From: Octopus sinensis
Taxonomy: Eukaryota
Direction of reading: 5' to 3'
DNA length: 64,000 bases
Assembly (NCBI RefSeq): GCF_006345805.1
Contig: NC_043008.1
Coordinates: 44,702,001 to 44,766,000, forward strand
This document shows positions 13,493 to 26,050 of this stretch, one piece after another. The notes beneath the pieces were generated by a model, which saw only the letters and a program-made list of their open reading frames with translations, had not been told where the DNA came from and did no database searches. Made by a program: the position numbers and the translations under genes. Positions within the stretch are counted from its first letter, which is position 1, and each line of letters starts with the position of its first letter.

Positions 13493-13497
13493 ATATA

Positions 13498-13566
<69 letters not shown>

Positions 13567-13694
13567 ATATATATTACATATATATATATATATGTGTGTG
13601 TGTGTGTACACACGCACACATGCATGCATGCATACATGCATATACATATACATATATGCATATATAATATATACATACATGCATAAATACATAT

Positions 13695-13726
<32 letters not shown>

Positions 13727-13821
13727 GTATATATTACAATATACATATAATACATATATATTACATATATATACATTAACAATATATATATACATATATA
13801 CATATATATGTATATATATAT

Positions 13822-13910
<89 letters not shown>
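13420..13910. repeat. (CT)n/(TA)n/(TG)n compound microsatellite
   Basis: Direct inspection. Confidence 0.9.
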
Positions 13911-13912
<2 letters not shown>

Positions 13913-14145
13913 CGGGAAGCTTTATGAAAATAGACAAAAGACGGAGGCAGGTGGAAAGAAACAAACAATTGTATTAGTATGGCGCTCAGGAAATATAATA
14001 AAACAAGTCTTTAACGTTTCGAGCCTACGCTCTTCAACAGAAAGATACACAGAGAGAAAAAAAACACAGAAAGAAGGAGAGAAAAAAAATGCGTGGCAGT
14101 AGCTAACGAATCAACATGGCGATCTGATTTCGGCCAGAAGTCAAA
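13911..14145 (-). mobile_element. Penelope pseudo-LTR-like repeat with hammerhead-like motif (copy 2)
   Basis: Reverse-complement copy of 9490-9712. Confidence 0.7.
14008..14045 (-). ncRNA. Minimal type-I hammerhead-like motif, core variant CUGUUGA
   Basis: Minus strand TCTTT-CTGTTGA-A-GAGC(GTAG)GCTC-GAA-ACGT-T-AAAGA; identical to 9563-9600 except position 17 (U instead of A). Confidence 0.6.
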
Positions 14146-14189
14146 GATCAAACATGAGACGCGAGAGCAAAATAAGGGGTATATATATA

Positions 14190-14296
<107 letters not shown>

Positions 14297-14744
14297 TTAC
14301 ATGTGTGTGTGTAGATATAAGGATGCTGTTTGAAAAGACGGATAGTTCCATAACATATATTACAAACTAGTATTGAACTCTATATTATTCTGGGTTTCAT
14401 ACGAAACAATCAATCCGCCAGTTTACTATTACATCATGTTATCTTAACCTTCACCTTAATATAACGATTGCACTTTACCGAACATCTCTATCATATGTGT
14501 TCCATGGTATGGCAGGTATGCATATATGCCCGACCGGGAAATGGTTGAAAATTGTATTCAAACCTTTGAGTTTTGAGGTCTAAACATATTGATGTTGTCA
14601 ATATTATTTTTCATTTTTGCAGCAGATCAACATAAAATAAAGAACTTGTCATGTAATAGTGTCATCTAATGAACTATACCACTCCTTCTATATTTTGTCT
14701 ATTTTATCCCCAGGAATGTATTTTTCGCATCGAAGATCAAAATA

Positions 14745-15285
14745 GAGAACCCATTCTGAACTTTTTTTCAGTATTTTATTTTTTCCATAAAAATTTCCCA
14801 TTTTCCTTCTGTCAGTTTTCGCCCGTATTCACTTATTCTTTCCTCATGTGTTCGATGTGGTTCACCCGAGACTAGCTCTTTAAAAAAAAGTCAAAGTATG
14901 CGATGGCGACGTTGAAATCATTTAACATGCCATCGATTATTTGTTGTACTATAGCGGGTGCCACTTTTACTGCAAAACGGCAAACATTTGGACTTGTACA
15001 GTCTACAGTACGAGTTGATTGTTATTAGATACGCACAGTTTTCCTCCCACTGAATTTGAAGACATGCCTCTATGAGATCTAATTTCGAAAAAATTTTCCA
15101 TCCGTTTAAAGTAGCAAATAATTCTTCTAGTCTTGCTAGTGGGTAATTGTATGTAATTAAAGTCTTTTAATCTGGTTGAGTTATCTGCGCATAGCCTTAG
15201 CTTATTATATTTTTCTTTCTTTTTTTTACGTAGACCGCCAGTACTACCCACTCTGCATGGTTAATTATATTCAGGCTTTCCACCT
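14745..15285 (-). pseudogene. Ty3/Gypsy reverse transcriptase relic
   Basis: Frameshifted translation gives EWVVLAVYVKKK..KLRLCADNST, PLARLEELFATLNG, FSKLDLIEACLQI, ITINSYCRLYKSKCLPFAVKVAPAIVQQIIDGMLNDFNVAIAYFD, which are Gypsy RT motifs including the YLDD region. Confidence 0.8.
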
Positions 15286-15289
15286 GGAG

Positions 15290-15590
15290 TATGTATATCC
15301 AGCCTAAATCTCTCACAATCTTTCTTGACTTTGCTTATGTAAGTAGTGAAGTCTTCATCTTCGCTCTTTCTTATGTTTAAACATTTTCCTCTAGTATTAA
15401 ACAGTGAGCTCTTGGAGTTTGCTACATGGTGAGGTGAAAATGTATCCTCTGGTTTGGTTATCAACTTCATTAGTTGTAACATTTGGTGCAGCCATCCTCG
15501 GGTGGCTATTCTCGTTGCTCCTTGATTGTTTTGGTGTTTTTGTAACTCAACTATACCAGCTAACAAGTCTTCCATATTCAACAATTTTCG
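15290..15590 (-). pseudogene. Ty3/Gypsy gag relic
   Basis: SKSSLFNTRGKCLNIRKSEDEDFTTYISKVKKDCERFRL resembles the Gag segment of metazoan Gypsy polyproteins. Confidence 0.7.
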
Positions 15591-15705
15591 TAAGCTTGCT
15601 CTAGATTTTTCTTTCTTTTTTGACGAGTTATTTAGTTTTCCACGTGATTTACTTTAAACTCACCGTGTGAATGGGTTTTTTTTCGCTCCGCGTAAATTTG
15701 GTTTT

Positions 15706-15912
15706 CCTCGTCGCTACTGTTGTTAGGTGGACAGTGATTCTTACTTATACATCCGACTGAAGAATAAGAACTCTCAACATAGTAACATGGCTCTAATTAA
15801 GGTGATGTGCTCGCAGAATCAGTTCTATGCCTGGGGAAATGTTTAGGGGGAAGCATGAAGCGAGCCTGAAAAAGACATAAAATGTGAAGAACGCTGGTAC
15901 CAGTACACAACA
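15706..15912 (-). mobile_element. Gypsy 5' LTR (15718-15912) and primer-binding site (about 15706-15716)
   Basis: On the minus strand a 195-bp segment begins TGTTG and ends CAACA, followed by G-TAGCGACGAGG (PBS-like, compare TGGCGACGAG), directly upstream of gag. Confidence 0.65.
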
Positions 15913-16699
15913 CTGCCTCGCTCCCAGAGTAACATCAATTGATTCAGAGATTGATTTCTTTTGCCACTTCAACTGTAGTTATTGTTTGCGTTCCCCTTTT
16001 AAGCCCATCCAATCTTTTGTTACCTATACCACAGGTCTCAATATTTTACTTCACCAAAAAAAAAAAAACATTCATGAAATAAACATAGAGTTCATAAGAA
16101 GCTTTTCGTAATTTCCGCGGATCCGAAAACTTTTCTTGTTTGTGTCAGAAGCAGGAAACAAGGACCAAGGTGTTTCTTTCTTTCCAGAATTAACATCAAT
16201 TTTTGGATAGATGTGTTGTGATTTTCTCAGTCAGTTTGTAATGAATCTACCCTCCTGACAAGTCTCAACAATTCACACGTTTCGTCTTATCAACTTTCAT
16301 TAACTTACCTGTTTTTCCAATATCATTTAAGCAACCTGTTGCCTTTATTTCCCATACCTCTGCCAATATGTTGCCCAATGTAAACAGATTTTTTCTTTCA
16401 ATTAATCCTTACGAAAACATCCGTCTAATTAGGATAATTTCTGTAAAATAAATTACATAATTGATTGAGTGTTATTTGTAGTCTCGAATACATTCCACCG
16501 TAGTTAACTATATACATTAGTAAACTGTTTATCTGTTGAGGTTTAAGAAAATACGCTCATCAAAGTATGCAAAGTGTATTGCGCCCTCTATAGTGCGTAA
16601 TAAATTAGCGCTTTGTAATAATATATTTCCTTGGTATACAATGATCAAAATACACCAAACCCACATATGCATACATGCATATATATATATATATATATA

Positions 16700-16736
<37 letters not shown>

Positions 16737-18189
16737 CACACATATATATATATATAATACGTATGTGCATGCATTCACACACACATACACACACATTATA
16801 TATATATACATACATAATATATAATAAATATATATATACACATAAACACACACACATATATATATATACGCATGTTTGTGTGTGTGTGTGTGTAAGATGG
16901 AAACGTGTTATTGTCATGTAATGAATTGCTTAGTCTATCTATCTTCTTTGGTATTATAATTTCGAACTTGATACTACTGATCTTGCAACGTTTGCGTTAT
17001 TTAATGGCTATTATTTAATCGAAAATCCATTAATCTTTCTTCTAAATAGGTATGTTTGAAACTAAATACGGAAAATATGGTTTAATCGAGAATTTGCGCG
17101 GTATTAATATCACGGCTGGAAAATAAATCAGCCGAAGATATTTTAATTACCGCTTGTGTTATATATTTTAAAACTATGAAATTACCATGTTTCAAATGTA
17201 TGAGTAAGTTGATGGTAAGGAGAGACATTTAAGTGATAATTATTCTCATCGTTCAATGGAATTACATTGTGAAACCAATACTGCGATGCTTCAATACGTT
17301 ATGAATAGAATTAACGTTAAAACAAATATTTTTTTTTTCTATTTTTTTTAAAACAAATCATTTACAAGTTTCTAACACGATCTACCCGAATGTTTGATTT
17401 CATTTTGAAAGTTAAATAGTATTAATTATTCAGTGAATAAGATCATACAATGTATTTTTTCTCTTGTTGTAATGTGCTCATGCCTCCAGTAAAAATCTAA
17501 AACGCACATTCATCTACTCCATATTAATCAAAGGCTAATTGGTTTCATTTAATCTTTTTGCAGAAAGAACTTTGTACTGGCCGCGTGCATTGCTGGGTGA
17601 CTAGAGTGAAAATTAATGTAGTGTAATCGCCTTACTCTTCTGCAAGATGTTAGTTATTGCATATTATATGCATATTCTAGGAAACAATAAATATAATTTT
17701 CCCCCGGCAGTATTTCATGCAAAGTGTTGCATAAATACAATTTATTTCAATTGAAAATTGAATTACAATCTTGATATCAGCTACGTTTTACACAAATAAA
17801 ATGGTTTTCCATTCCAACAGCTAATATTTGAGAATAATATAGAAACCGGCCTTTAGAAACCGAGAGTCATTAATAGAATCGAATTATACATTTCCTAACT
17901 TAATTATACACGTAAAATAGTGATTGTACGCGGAACGTTTATTTTACATAATTCTTATATAATCCATTATATGCAGTCGTAAATGGTGGTCGTGATAAGT
18001 ATCGCGGATCAGAAGCTCATGTGTATGTTTCGTGAATATATCTTCGAGTATTGTACACTGCACATTAATAAATTGGCAGATATCAAAGGCAAAACTAATT
18101 TAATATAATCGCCTGCATTATGCAAATACTGTTTAATAGACAATGGAGGAAAACCATTCTGTCACGTGGATTCCACGATTAACGTTTCT

Positions 18190-18385
18190 GCTCAAGGCAC
18201 AGGGCCTAAAGTTTTAAAGGAAGGAAGACATCAGTTACATCAGCCCTAGTGCTCGACCGGGACTCATATATCGAACCCGGAGGGATGACAAAGTCAAATG
18301 CAGTGGGACATGAACACAGAAGGTGAAGCCGGAAGTCGGAAAGTATGGTTCTAAGCATTTTGTCTGGCATGCTAAGGATTAAGGG
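18190..18385 (-). mobile_element. Old degraded SINE family A-like copy
   Basis: TATCGAACCCGGAGGGATGA..AAAGTC and CTAAGCATTTTGTCTGGCATGCTAA align with the family A reverse complement. Confidence 0.5.
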
Positions 18386-19514
18386 CTCCCCGTCATAGTG
18401 ATTCTATAACCACTCTAAATAATCAAGTTCTCATTCAGAGCTTTTTAAACTCTAAAAATAGATGGAAGCTTGATTACGGGCCCAAAATCCTCGTTTGGGT
18501 CGTAAGATGTGTTAATAGAGTATAACTAAACACTAACGCATATAACAGTAGGCGTCATTTTGAGATGACCATTAAGATTTTAAGAATATTATGACCATTA
18601 ATACATCCATGAAAGTCATCGTTGTATAGTCTTCATTTGAATAATCTAACCAGAGAATGCGGTTCATATTTCAAGCAATGCCTACAAGAAGATGAAATAT
18701 GCTACGTTGAGAGACGATAGTACACGCAGGCTTACGAAATAAACACGGAAGCTTCAACATGGTTGCTTAAAAAGCTAGAAATAGAAAAGAATTACCCACT
18801 GTATAACACTTTCTATTTGAGAGGTGAGAGGCTTATTTATTTATGTAGCTTTAGATGCTTAATAACGGTGATACTAATCGAGTAGCCATAGCGTTCGATT
18901 CCAGTTCTGCTCCGTCAGATAGACTCACGTTATAACTACATGATAAGGGATATTATCTCCCGGGGAATACTAAATTTTGCGATGTATCTGCAATACGTAT
19001 GATATGTAGATGACTATTGTAGTCTAATAATGCTTCTGATGCATATGATAGGAATCTACGTAATTTCTTAAGCCAGTTACATATTTCATAGAATGTACAT
19101 CTGTACAATAAGTTGCAATTCTGGCAATTTATATAAATTACGCGTTTATCGTTTGGTTTTCAAAACTGTACCTGGAAAGAAATTTATTATATTTTGCAAG
19201 AGAATATTCTGTCGAAATCTGTCAGTTAAGATATTCAATTAGAGTATAAATTATCCCATTCGCCCACGAATCTTAGACGTTGGCTTTGGTATCCATGGAG
19301 CTATTAAAATGGTCGGCATTTCTCTCTTTCTTTGGACCCAATACAGGATAAAATAATAGAAGTTACATCTGAAGATGATGGTGTAATGAAGTAACTATTA
19401 ATTTACAGTGACAGATTATTTAACTCAATAAACATTTGGGAGAATAATTCTCATTATTAGCGACAATTCTTGATGATATTAATTAACAAATGCTGTGAAT
19501 AGCTATTGCATTTT

Positions 19515-19600
19515 GAGGATTATTTCAAAACACCGACCGAGAATTCTTTATACCGACCGGTCATTTTCGGCAATTTCCGTGGCCTCATCAGCTCGGTCTG
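19515..19600 (-). mobile_element. Third copy of the 13-kb HHR-bearing family
   Basis: CTGATGA-GGCCACGGAAATTGCC-GAAAATGACCGGTCGGTATAAAGAATTCTCGGTCGGTGTT aligns with both arms of 13045-13340. Confidence 0.55.
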
Positions 19601-19890
19601 CCTCGACTTCGACAGATTCTACACGGAATTCTCTATCAGTATATATGCTTCCACCATTAAAAAATCAATGGCTGGTTTAGTGAATCGCTAATGCCTATAG
19701 AGTAAATTAATATGGACGGCAATGTGCAATGTTTTACCAAAGAAGAAGACTATAATTGTCACTAAATACGATTACGGTGTTAGAAATACCTACATTGGTA
19801 GAAATAAGAGCTAAATTACTCTTATGCTGTAGGTCAAATCATAACTGTACACATATATACTAACAGGGACTATCATCGTATGTATGTTTG

Positions 19891-19925
<35 letters not shown>

Positions 19926-19933
19926 TAATAGAT

Positions 19934-20000
<67 letters not shown>

Positions 20001-20173
20001 TAGATATATATACACCACACAGACACATGTGTATATACTTAGGCAGATACAAGAGATAACATGGGAAAACACTGGTTTGCGTTTATGAAGTCCATAAACC
20101 TACTCTTAAGATATCTATCTATCTATCTATCTATTTATCTGTCTATCTATCTATCTATCAATCACTCTCTATA

Positions 20174-20215
<42 letters not shown>

Positions 20216-20244
20216 TATATATATAATATGTGGTGTGTGTGTGT

Positions 20245-20528
20245 GTTATTGTTGTGTCTGGGGAGAGTCATTCTCTTCTAGTGCCTTATTATTTAACACA
20301 CTCACCGGTTCAGTTTCCACTCGTTTGCTTATTTGATTTTTTCTGAAAAGGTTGAAAGACGCAGCGAAAATTAATAAACAAATAAGAAAGAAATAAGTGG
20401 AAATTTTACCGATGAATGTGTTAAATTATAAGGCACCAAAGGAGAATGCCCCTACCCAGGTACAAAACAGTTTTTCAACACACGAACTCACATAAAGAAT
20501 CTTGCAAACCAAATCCTAAACGAAATAT
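20245..20528. mobile_element. Asymmetric head-to-head palindromic repeat, same family as 7510-7812
   Basis: GTGTCTGGGGAGAGTCATT...AACACACTCACCGGT (short inverted arm) followed by a + arm TTCTGAAAAGGTTG...AAATCCTAAACG. Confidence 0.7.
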
Positions 20529-20929
20529 ATATACAATATAATATATATATATATATATATAATATAATATATATATATATATCTATATATTATATATATA
20601 TACCTGTCGTTCTCTTTAGCTACGTGCACACACACACACACACACACCACACACGAACTCACACACAAACCCAGGCATAGTGTATCGGCTGCTATTCTTA
20701 TTATCATGCATGGTAGCGTTATTTATGTGTATGGTTGTTTATAAGCGTTAGAATCAGACGAGCGTTCTATTTTTGTTTTATATTATATATCATTATTTCC
20801 ATATTATATACTGTCGGCTATTTTGCTCGCTGTCCTATAAATATGGTAATATTATAATTACAACACATATGTGCTGATATATCATTCGTCGATAACGTAA
20901 TTAAATTTGAATATGGTCGTAACTCTGTA

Positions 20930-20962
20930 TGTATACACAGAAATACACCTACACAAGCGCAC

Positions 20963-21018
<56 letters not shown>

Positions 21019-21903
21019 TATATATATACATATATACTGTATGTATATATACATGTATATATATATATATGTGTATATTATATACATATATACATGTGTG
21101 TATATATACATTATATATATATACATATATACATATATATATATATATGCACATATGTGTGTATATATACATGAAACTTATATTTAATACACATATATAT
21201 GTGTGTGCATGCATACATCCAAATGTATGCTATGTATAGTTGTATACACGTACATATCTATATATATATTCAAGTATGTATAATTGTTGGTTAATATATA
21301 TTGGTTGTAAATATAAATGTGAACTTACTTAAATAACCGAAGCATTTATATACGAAAGTGAGAAAATTAATATCTTTGAAGTAGCCGGATATAGGGTTTC
21401 CAAGCGATCATGTTAATCTGTATAATCCGAATGGAACATTCCATAGCTTATATTTGTATCTGAACTTAGGACAGTTTTGTAGTAGTATTTATCGATTAGA
21501 TTATATATCATATATTATATACAGTTTATCGATCATATTATATTTTGTCCATTGAAATATTCCAGTATATTCAGAACTACTGGTCTGAATCGTGTCATTC
21601 CGTGAGACTTGTTGCATAATCAAAGAAACTTCTCCCACGCAACGTTTAGAAACGGGTGAAAACGTTCTGGTAAACGTACAATGGTGCTTCACACATGACT
21701 GGGCTTTCGAAACCTGTTTAGTATTACGTCTACTAACAACATCAGATAGAATGCAAAGTAATTTTGTACAGGTACGTAGAGCCAAATGTACACAGAGATG
21801 GTTGACATAAACACACCGAAGAAATGAGACACAGGTACAGAAGCATAAACAAGAACGTATATATACTTACATATAAATATATATATATATATGTATATAT
21901 GTA

Positions 21904-21959
<56 letters not shown>

Positions 21960-22049
21960 ATGTGTATATAAATGTATATATATGGTGTGTGTGGTGTGTA
22001 TGTATAAGTATGGGTGTATATATATGTATATAATATATGTATGTAAATA

Positions 22050-22084
<35 letters not shown>

Positions 22085-22320
22085 GTGTGTGTGCGTATGT
22101 ATGTATGTACGTATGTATGTATGTATATATGTAGACAGATAAATGTATATATATATTTTTTTGATAGGGCTGTACTAGTTTTAGTGCTTTAGTATGCGTA
22201 AGCAAATGTATTTGTGTGTGTGTGTGTGTGTGTCTGTGAGTCTGTTTGTGTGTATGTATTGTACGTGTGTGTGCGTATGCATGCGTACTAGGTGCGTGTG
22301 TAAGTACGTACAAGGAACAT
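20930..22320. repeat. (TA)n/(TG)n/(TATG)n microsatellite clusters
   Basis: Arrays at about 20930-21270 and 21860-22320. Confidence 0.85.
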
Positions 22321-22634
22321 GTGTGCGTGAAATTCTATCGGCGTTCTTTTCATATCGTTAGATTTATGTTTGTCAGTGGTTATTACTGTTTACATTGATT
22401 AGAAAATCTGTGGGTGTTCTTTTCGTACCTATAAATATGCCAGTAGCTCCAGCTTCTTAATATATTACAACTGTGCACACAGATAAACGCGCATATATAC
22501 GCACGAACGCATACATACGCAAATACATCTATCTATCTATCTGTCTATACATTTCACTATATTTCTCTCTATCTATCTATCAATCTGAATATATATATAT
22601 ATATATATACAGCGACGCCCGTACCCTTTTTGGT

Positions 22635-22674
<40 letters not shown>

Positions 22675-22959
22675 CACAGGTATTTTGTCGACATCGTTAT
22701 GGCCTTCCAAGAAGTTTCATGTGTGTGTGCTTGTGTGGGTGTGTACGGGTTCTCTTCGTATGTATCCATACCCTTTATATAGTTTTATTAAAATATTTAT
22801 CTATTTATATATTTTTATATGTACTTTTTTATACATCTGTCTCTATTTCTAATAGGTATCACAGGTAATTGCATACATGTCTATTGTGTGTGTATTACCC
22901 TATAAGTTTCTGTGTATAATTTACGGATCTTTTCTCTCTTTTCTTTCCCTCTCTCTTCA

Positions 22960-23930
22960 CATCACTACTGTCTCTAGGCATGTGGTGTGGTGGCGATGTG
23001 TATTGCTTTTCCATTCATGTTTTCTATTGACAGTCGGTCTCTCTCTACTGTTATGTGTATAGCTTCTGGAATCTGCCCAAGTGTCGTGTCAGTTCTACGT
23101 GTTGATAGTGCTTTAACCTCTATGCTATTAGTCAAGCCTCCATGTTCTTCCAGAGTATGTTGGTAGAGCACTGACGCGCTTCTCCCTTCGTTGGGCTCTG
23201 GCCAATGTCCACCTCTACGCTCTCCTATGCTGCGTGTAGTCTCTCCTCGGTAGGCGGTTTCTGCACCGTCCCTCAGTACATCGTAGACTTTACACAACGT
23301 TCTTAACCTTACAGTTAACTTGTGGGTTCATCCTACGTACAACACAATTGTTCCTATCAAAGGAATAGGTATTGCAGAGCTAGGAATTTAAAGGGGCAAC
23401 AGGCCTCTCTACTACTTTGATTCGTAGATCAGCCTTAATGTTTTTTTTTCTAAAAAGATGTGCTAGTTCGCCAGCAAGGGTAGCATCAACGAACATGACG
23501 TTCTGGTATTTTTTGGTTTTCATTGCAAATTATGACCGTATCTGTCTTATCACTGGTCCTTTCCGTGCTGTTCCAAGATTTAGTCCTGTACAGCGGGCAG
23601 ATACCGTTAGCATAACTCTCTATGATGGCTTTGCAATCCTGGCTCCTTTGTACACTTTAATGCTCTCCCTTTGGTTGTAGCGGTGGATAAAGTGTTGCAT
23701 CCGTCTTTCCAGTTCCTTTATGATCGCATATTCGTGACACAATCTTCATCACTCTCACCAAATCAGCTATCAGAATGTTCATTCACGTTCAGGTCAAAGA
23801 ATGGAGAGGGAAAAATCGTGCAAAATGGGTGCTGGAAGATGGGTGGCTTTTGGCCGAAGTGGTTCGCATATGATTCGATGACTCAAAGAGAGCAGTCCCG
23901 TTAGAAACGCGGATATCTTATATCTCGTCA
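22960..23930 (-). mobile_element. Penelope-like element relic: RT C-terminal/linker region and GIY-YIG endonuclease
   Basis: Minus strand gives CPLYRTKSWNSTER, QNVMFVDATLAGEL, LRIKVVERP, NCKVKNVV, YRGETTRSIGERRGGH...SVLYQHTLEEHGG...EVKALST...QIPEAIHI, the typical PLE order of motifs; multiple stops. Confidence 0.75.
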
Positions 23931-23980
23931 ATGGGCAGGAACAATAATGTGAGTATATGTATATGTATATATATATATAA

Positions 23981-24047
<67 letters not shown>

Positions 24048-24050
24048 GTG

Positions 24051-24088
<38 letters not shown>

Positions 24089-24330
24089 GTGTGTGTACGA
24101 GTGAAACTACGAGTTACTTTTTCCGAGAACGAGAAAATCGTTTTACCATATTTTCCATAGCAGAACCATTATACTACACTTTGGTAATTTTTGATATCTT
24201 GGCATCTGAAGTAGTGGGAGATACGGTGGTTTGAGCAAAAGTACTGGTTATTACAAGCAAAAATAAATATTGAACGAAACGCATTTGGCCAAATTTGGAC
24301 ATACGACAGTTTAACATACTATCAACGATG

Positions 24331-24364
<34 letters not shown>

Positions 24365-24365
<1 letters not shown>

Positions 24366-24516
24366 TTTATTAAAAGCAGCAGAAAATTCAACAAAACCTG
24401 TTACTCTGAGTTTCACGTTCCCGTTCGTCGGACATAGCAAAAACTGTCCGACGAACGGGAACGTGAAACTCAGAGTAACAGGTTTTGTTGAACTTTCTGC
24501 TGCTTTAAATAAAGCA
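24365..24516. repeat. Near-perfect inverted repeat (about 70-bp arms, 48 bp perfect, 10-nt loop); each arm folds as an HHR-like motif
   Basis: TTCAACAAAACCTGTTACTCTGAGTTTCACGTTCCCGTTCGTCGGACA (24387-24434) is the exact reverse complement of 24445-24492. Confidence 0.95.
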
Positions 24517-24589
24517 TATTACTCTACCACTGTATTTGAGTACTCTTTTTTCCACCTTGTTTCACATTTATGTGTTTACTCCGGTATAT

Positions 24590-24591
24590 AT

Positions 24592-24650
<59 letters not shown>

Positions 24651-24921
24651 AATATATATATATATATATGTATGTATGTATGTATAGATAGATAGATATT
24701 AGATAGAATAGATAGATAGATAGATAGATAGATAGATTAGATAGATATACTGAGAGAGACAGACGAACAGAAGAAACAGACCTAGTTGTAGAGAACCCTC
24801 ATACCCATTTTTAGGATAAACATGTACGTGAATGTTTTCATTTACACGTGACTGCTTTTGCACAAATATGTGTGTATGTGTGTTCATGTATATACATGTG
24901 CATGCCATTGTTTGTGAATAT

Positions 24922-24952
<31 letters not shown>

Positions 24953-25180
24953 GCGTGGGTGTATGTACGCATCAACGCATAATCACACAGGCACACACAA
25001 ACATATGCACTTTATATATACATATATACATACATATATATATATTATTATATATATATATTATATATATATATACATATATATTTACGTGCATATAAAT
25101 ATATACATACACACACATATATAGCTATATGTATTTATATACATATATATATATACACATACATATATATATATGATATA

Positions 25181-25227
<47 letters not shown>

Positions 25228-25804
25228 ATAGTGTGTGTATGTATCAATAAAGTGCTTCTCTCAGGGCGTATTTATGGCATCTCTCGGTGGACTTTTATTG
25301 CCTGTCTTCCATCCATAGAGTCCTTTCAATTCCGGTGTTCCGTATATAAACCAAAAACCTATGCTACCCACTATATATAGATTTGATGATGTTTCGCATA
25401 AAAGCTGAATCAAAGACAATCCGTTATTTCTCTGAAAAATGTCCCTTTGTGTTCTATGGCATACAAACACATATTCATACACACATGCATGCATACATAC
25501 ATACAACAAACTTAAATATGCGTACAAATACATACATGTGCGTGTGTGTGTGTTTGCATGCATATGTAGATATATGTATATTTCTATATACATATTTATG
25601 TATGTGCGTTGCGTGTGTGTGATTGTGTGTGAGTGTACATATATTTATATTTGCATGTATCTATATTTGTATGCATGTACGCGTACGCAAACGTCCATTC
25701 ATACCATCATAAGATATATATATATATATATAATATATATATATATATTATATATCTGTATGTGTGTGTGCGCATGGGTGTGTGTGTATGTATATCTATA
25801 TACC

Positions 25805-25848
<44 letters not shown>

Positions 25849-25866
25849 CCATATATATTATATACC

Positions 25867-25906
<40 letters not shown>

Positions 25907-25940
25907 TGTATAATATATATAATATATAACTATATATATC

Positions 25941-25975
<35 letters not shown>

Positions 25976-26050
25976 ATATATACGTATCAATATATGTGTG
26001 TATGTGTGTGCATGTGTCTGTGCCTGTATGTGTGTATGTGTGTGTATGCT
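24590..26050. repeat. (TA)n/(GATA)n/(TG)n microsatellite clusters
   Basis: Direct inspection. Confidence 0.85.

Noticed and set aside
14330-14620. Mariner-like terminus TATAAGGATGCTGTTTGAAAAG
   Set aside because: No matching inverted end or transposase was found.
21590-21775. 72-aa ORF region ending at a CAG|GTACGT donor-like site
   Set aside because: No in-frame acceptor and no recognisable protein similarity.
25261-25435. Possible terminal exon on the minus strand (TTTTTCAG acceptor, RNNGLSLIQ...NTP*)
   Set aside because: No recognisable homology, and it is embedded between microsatellites.
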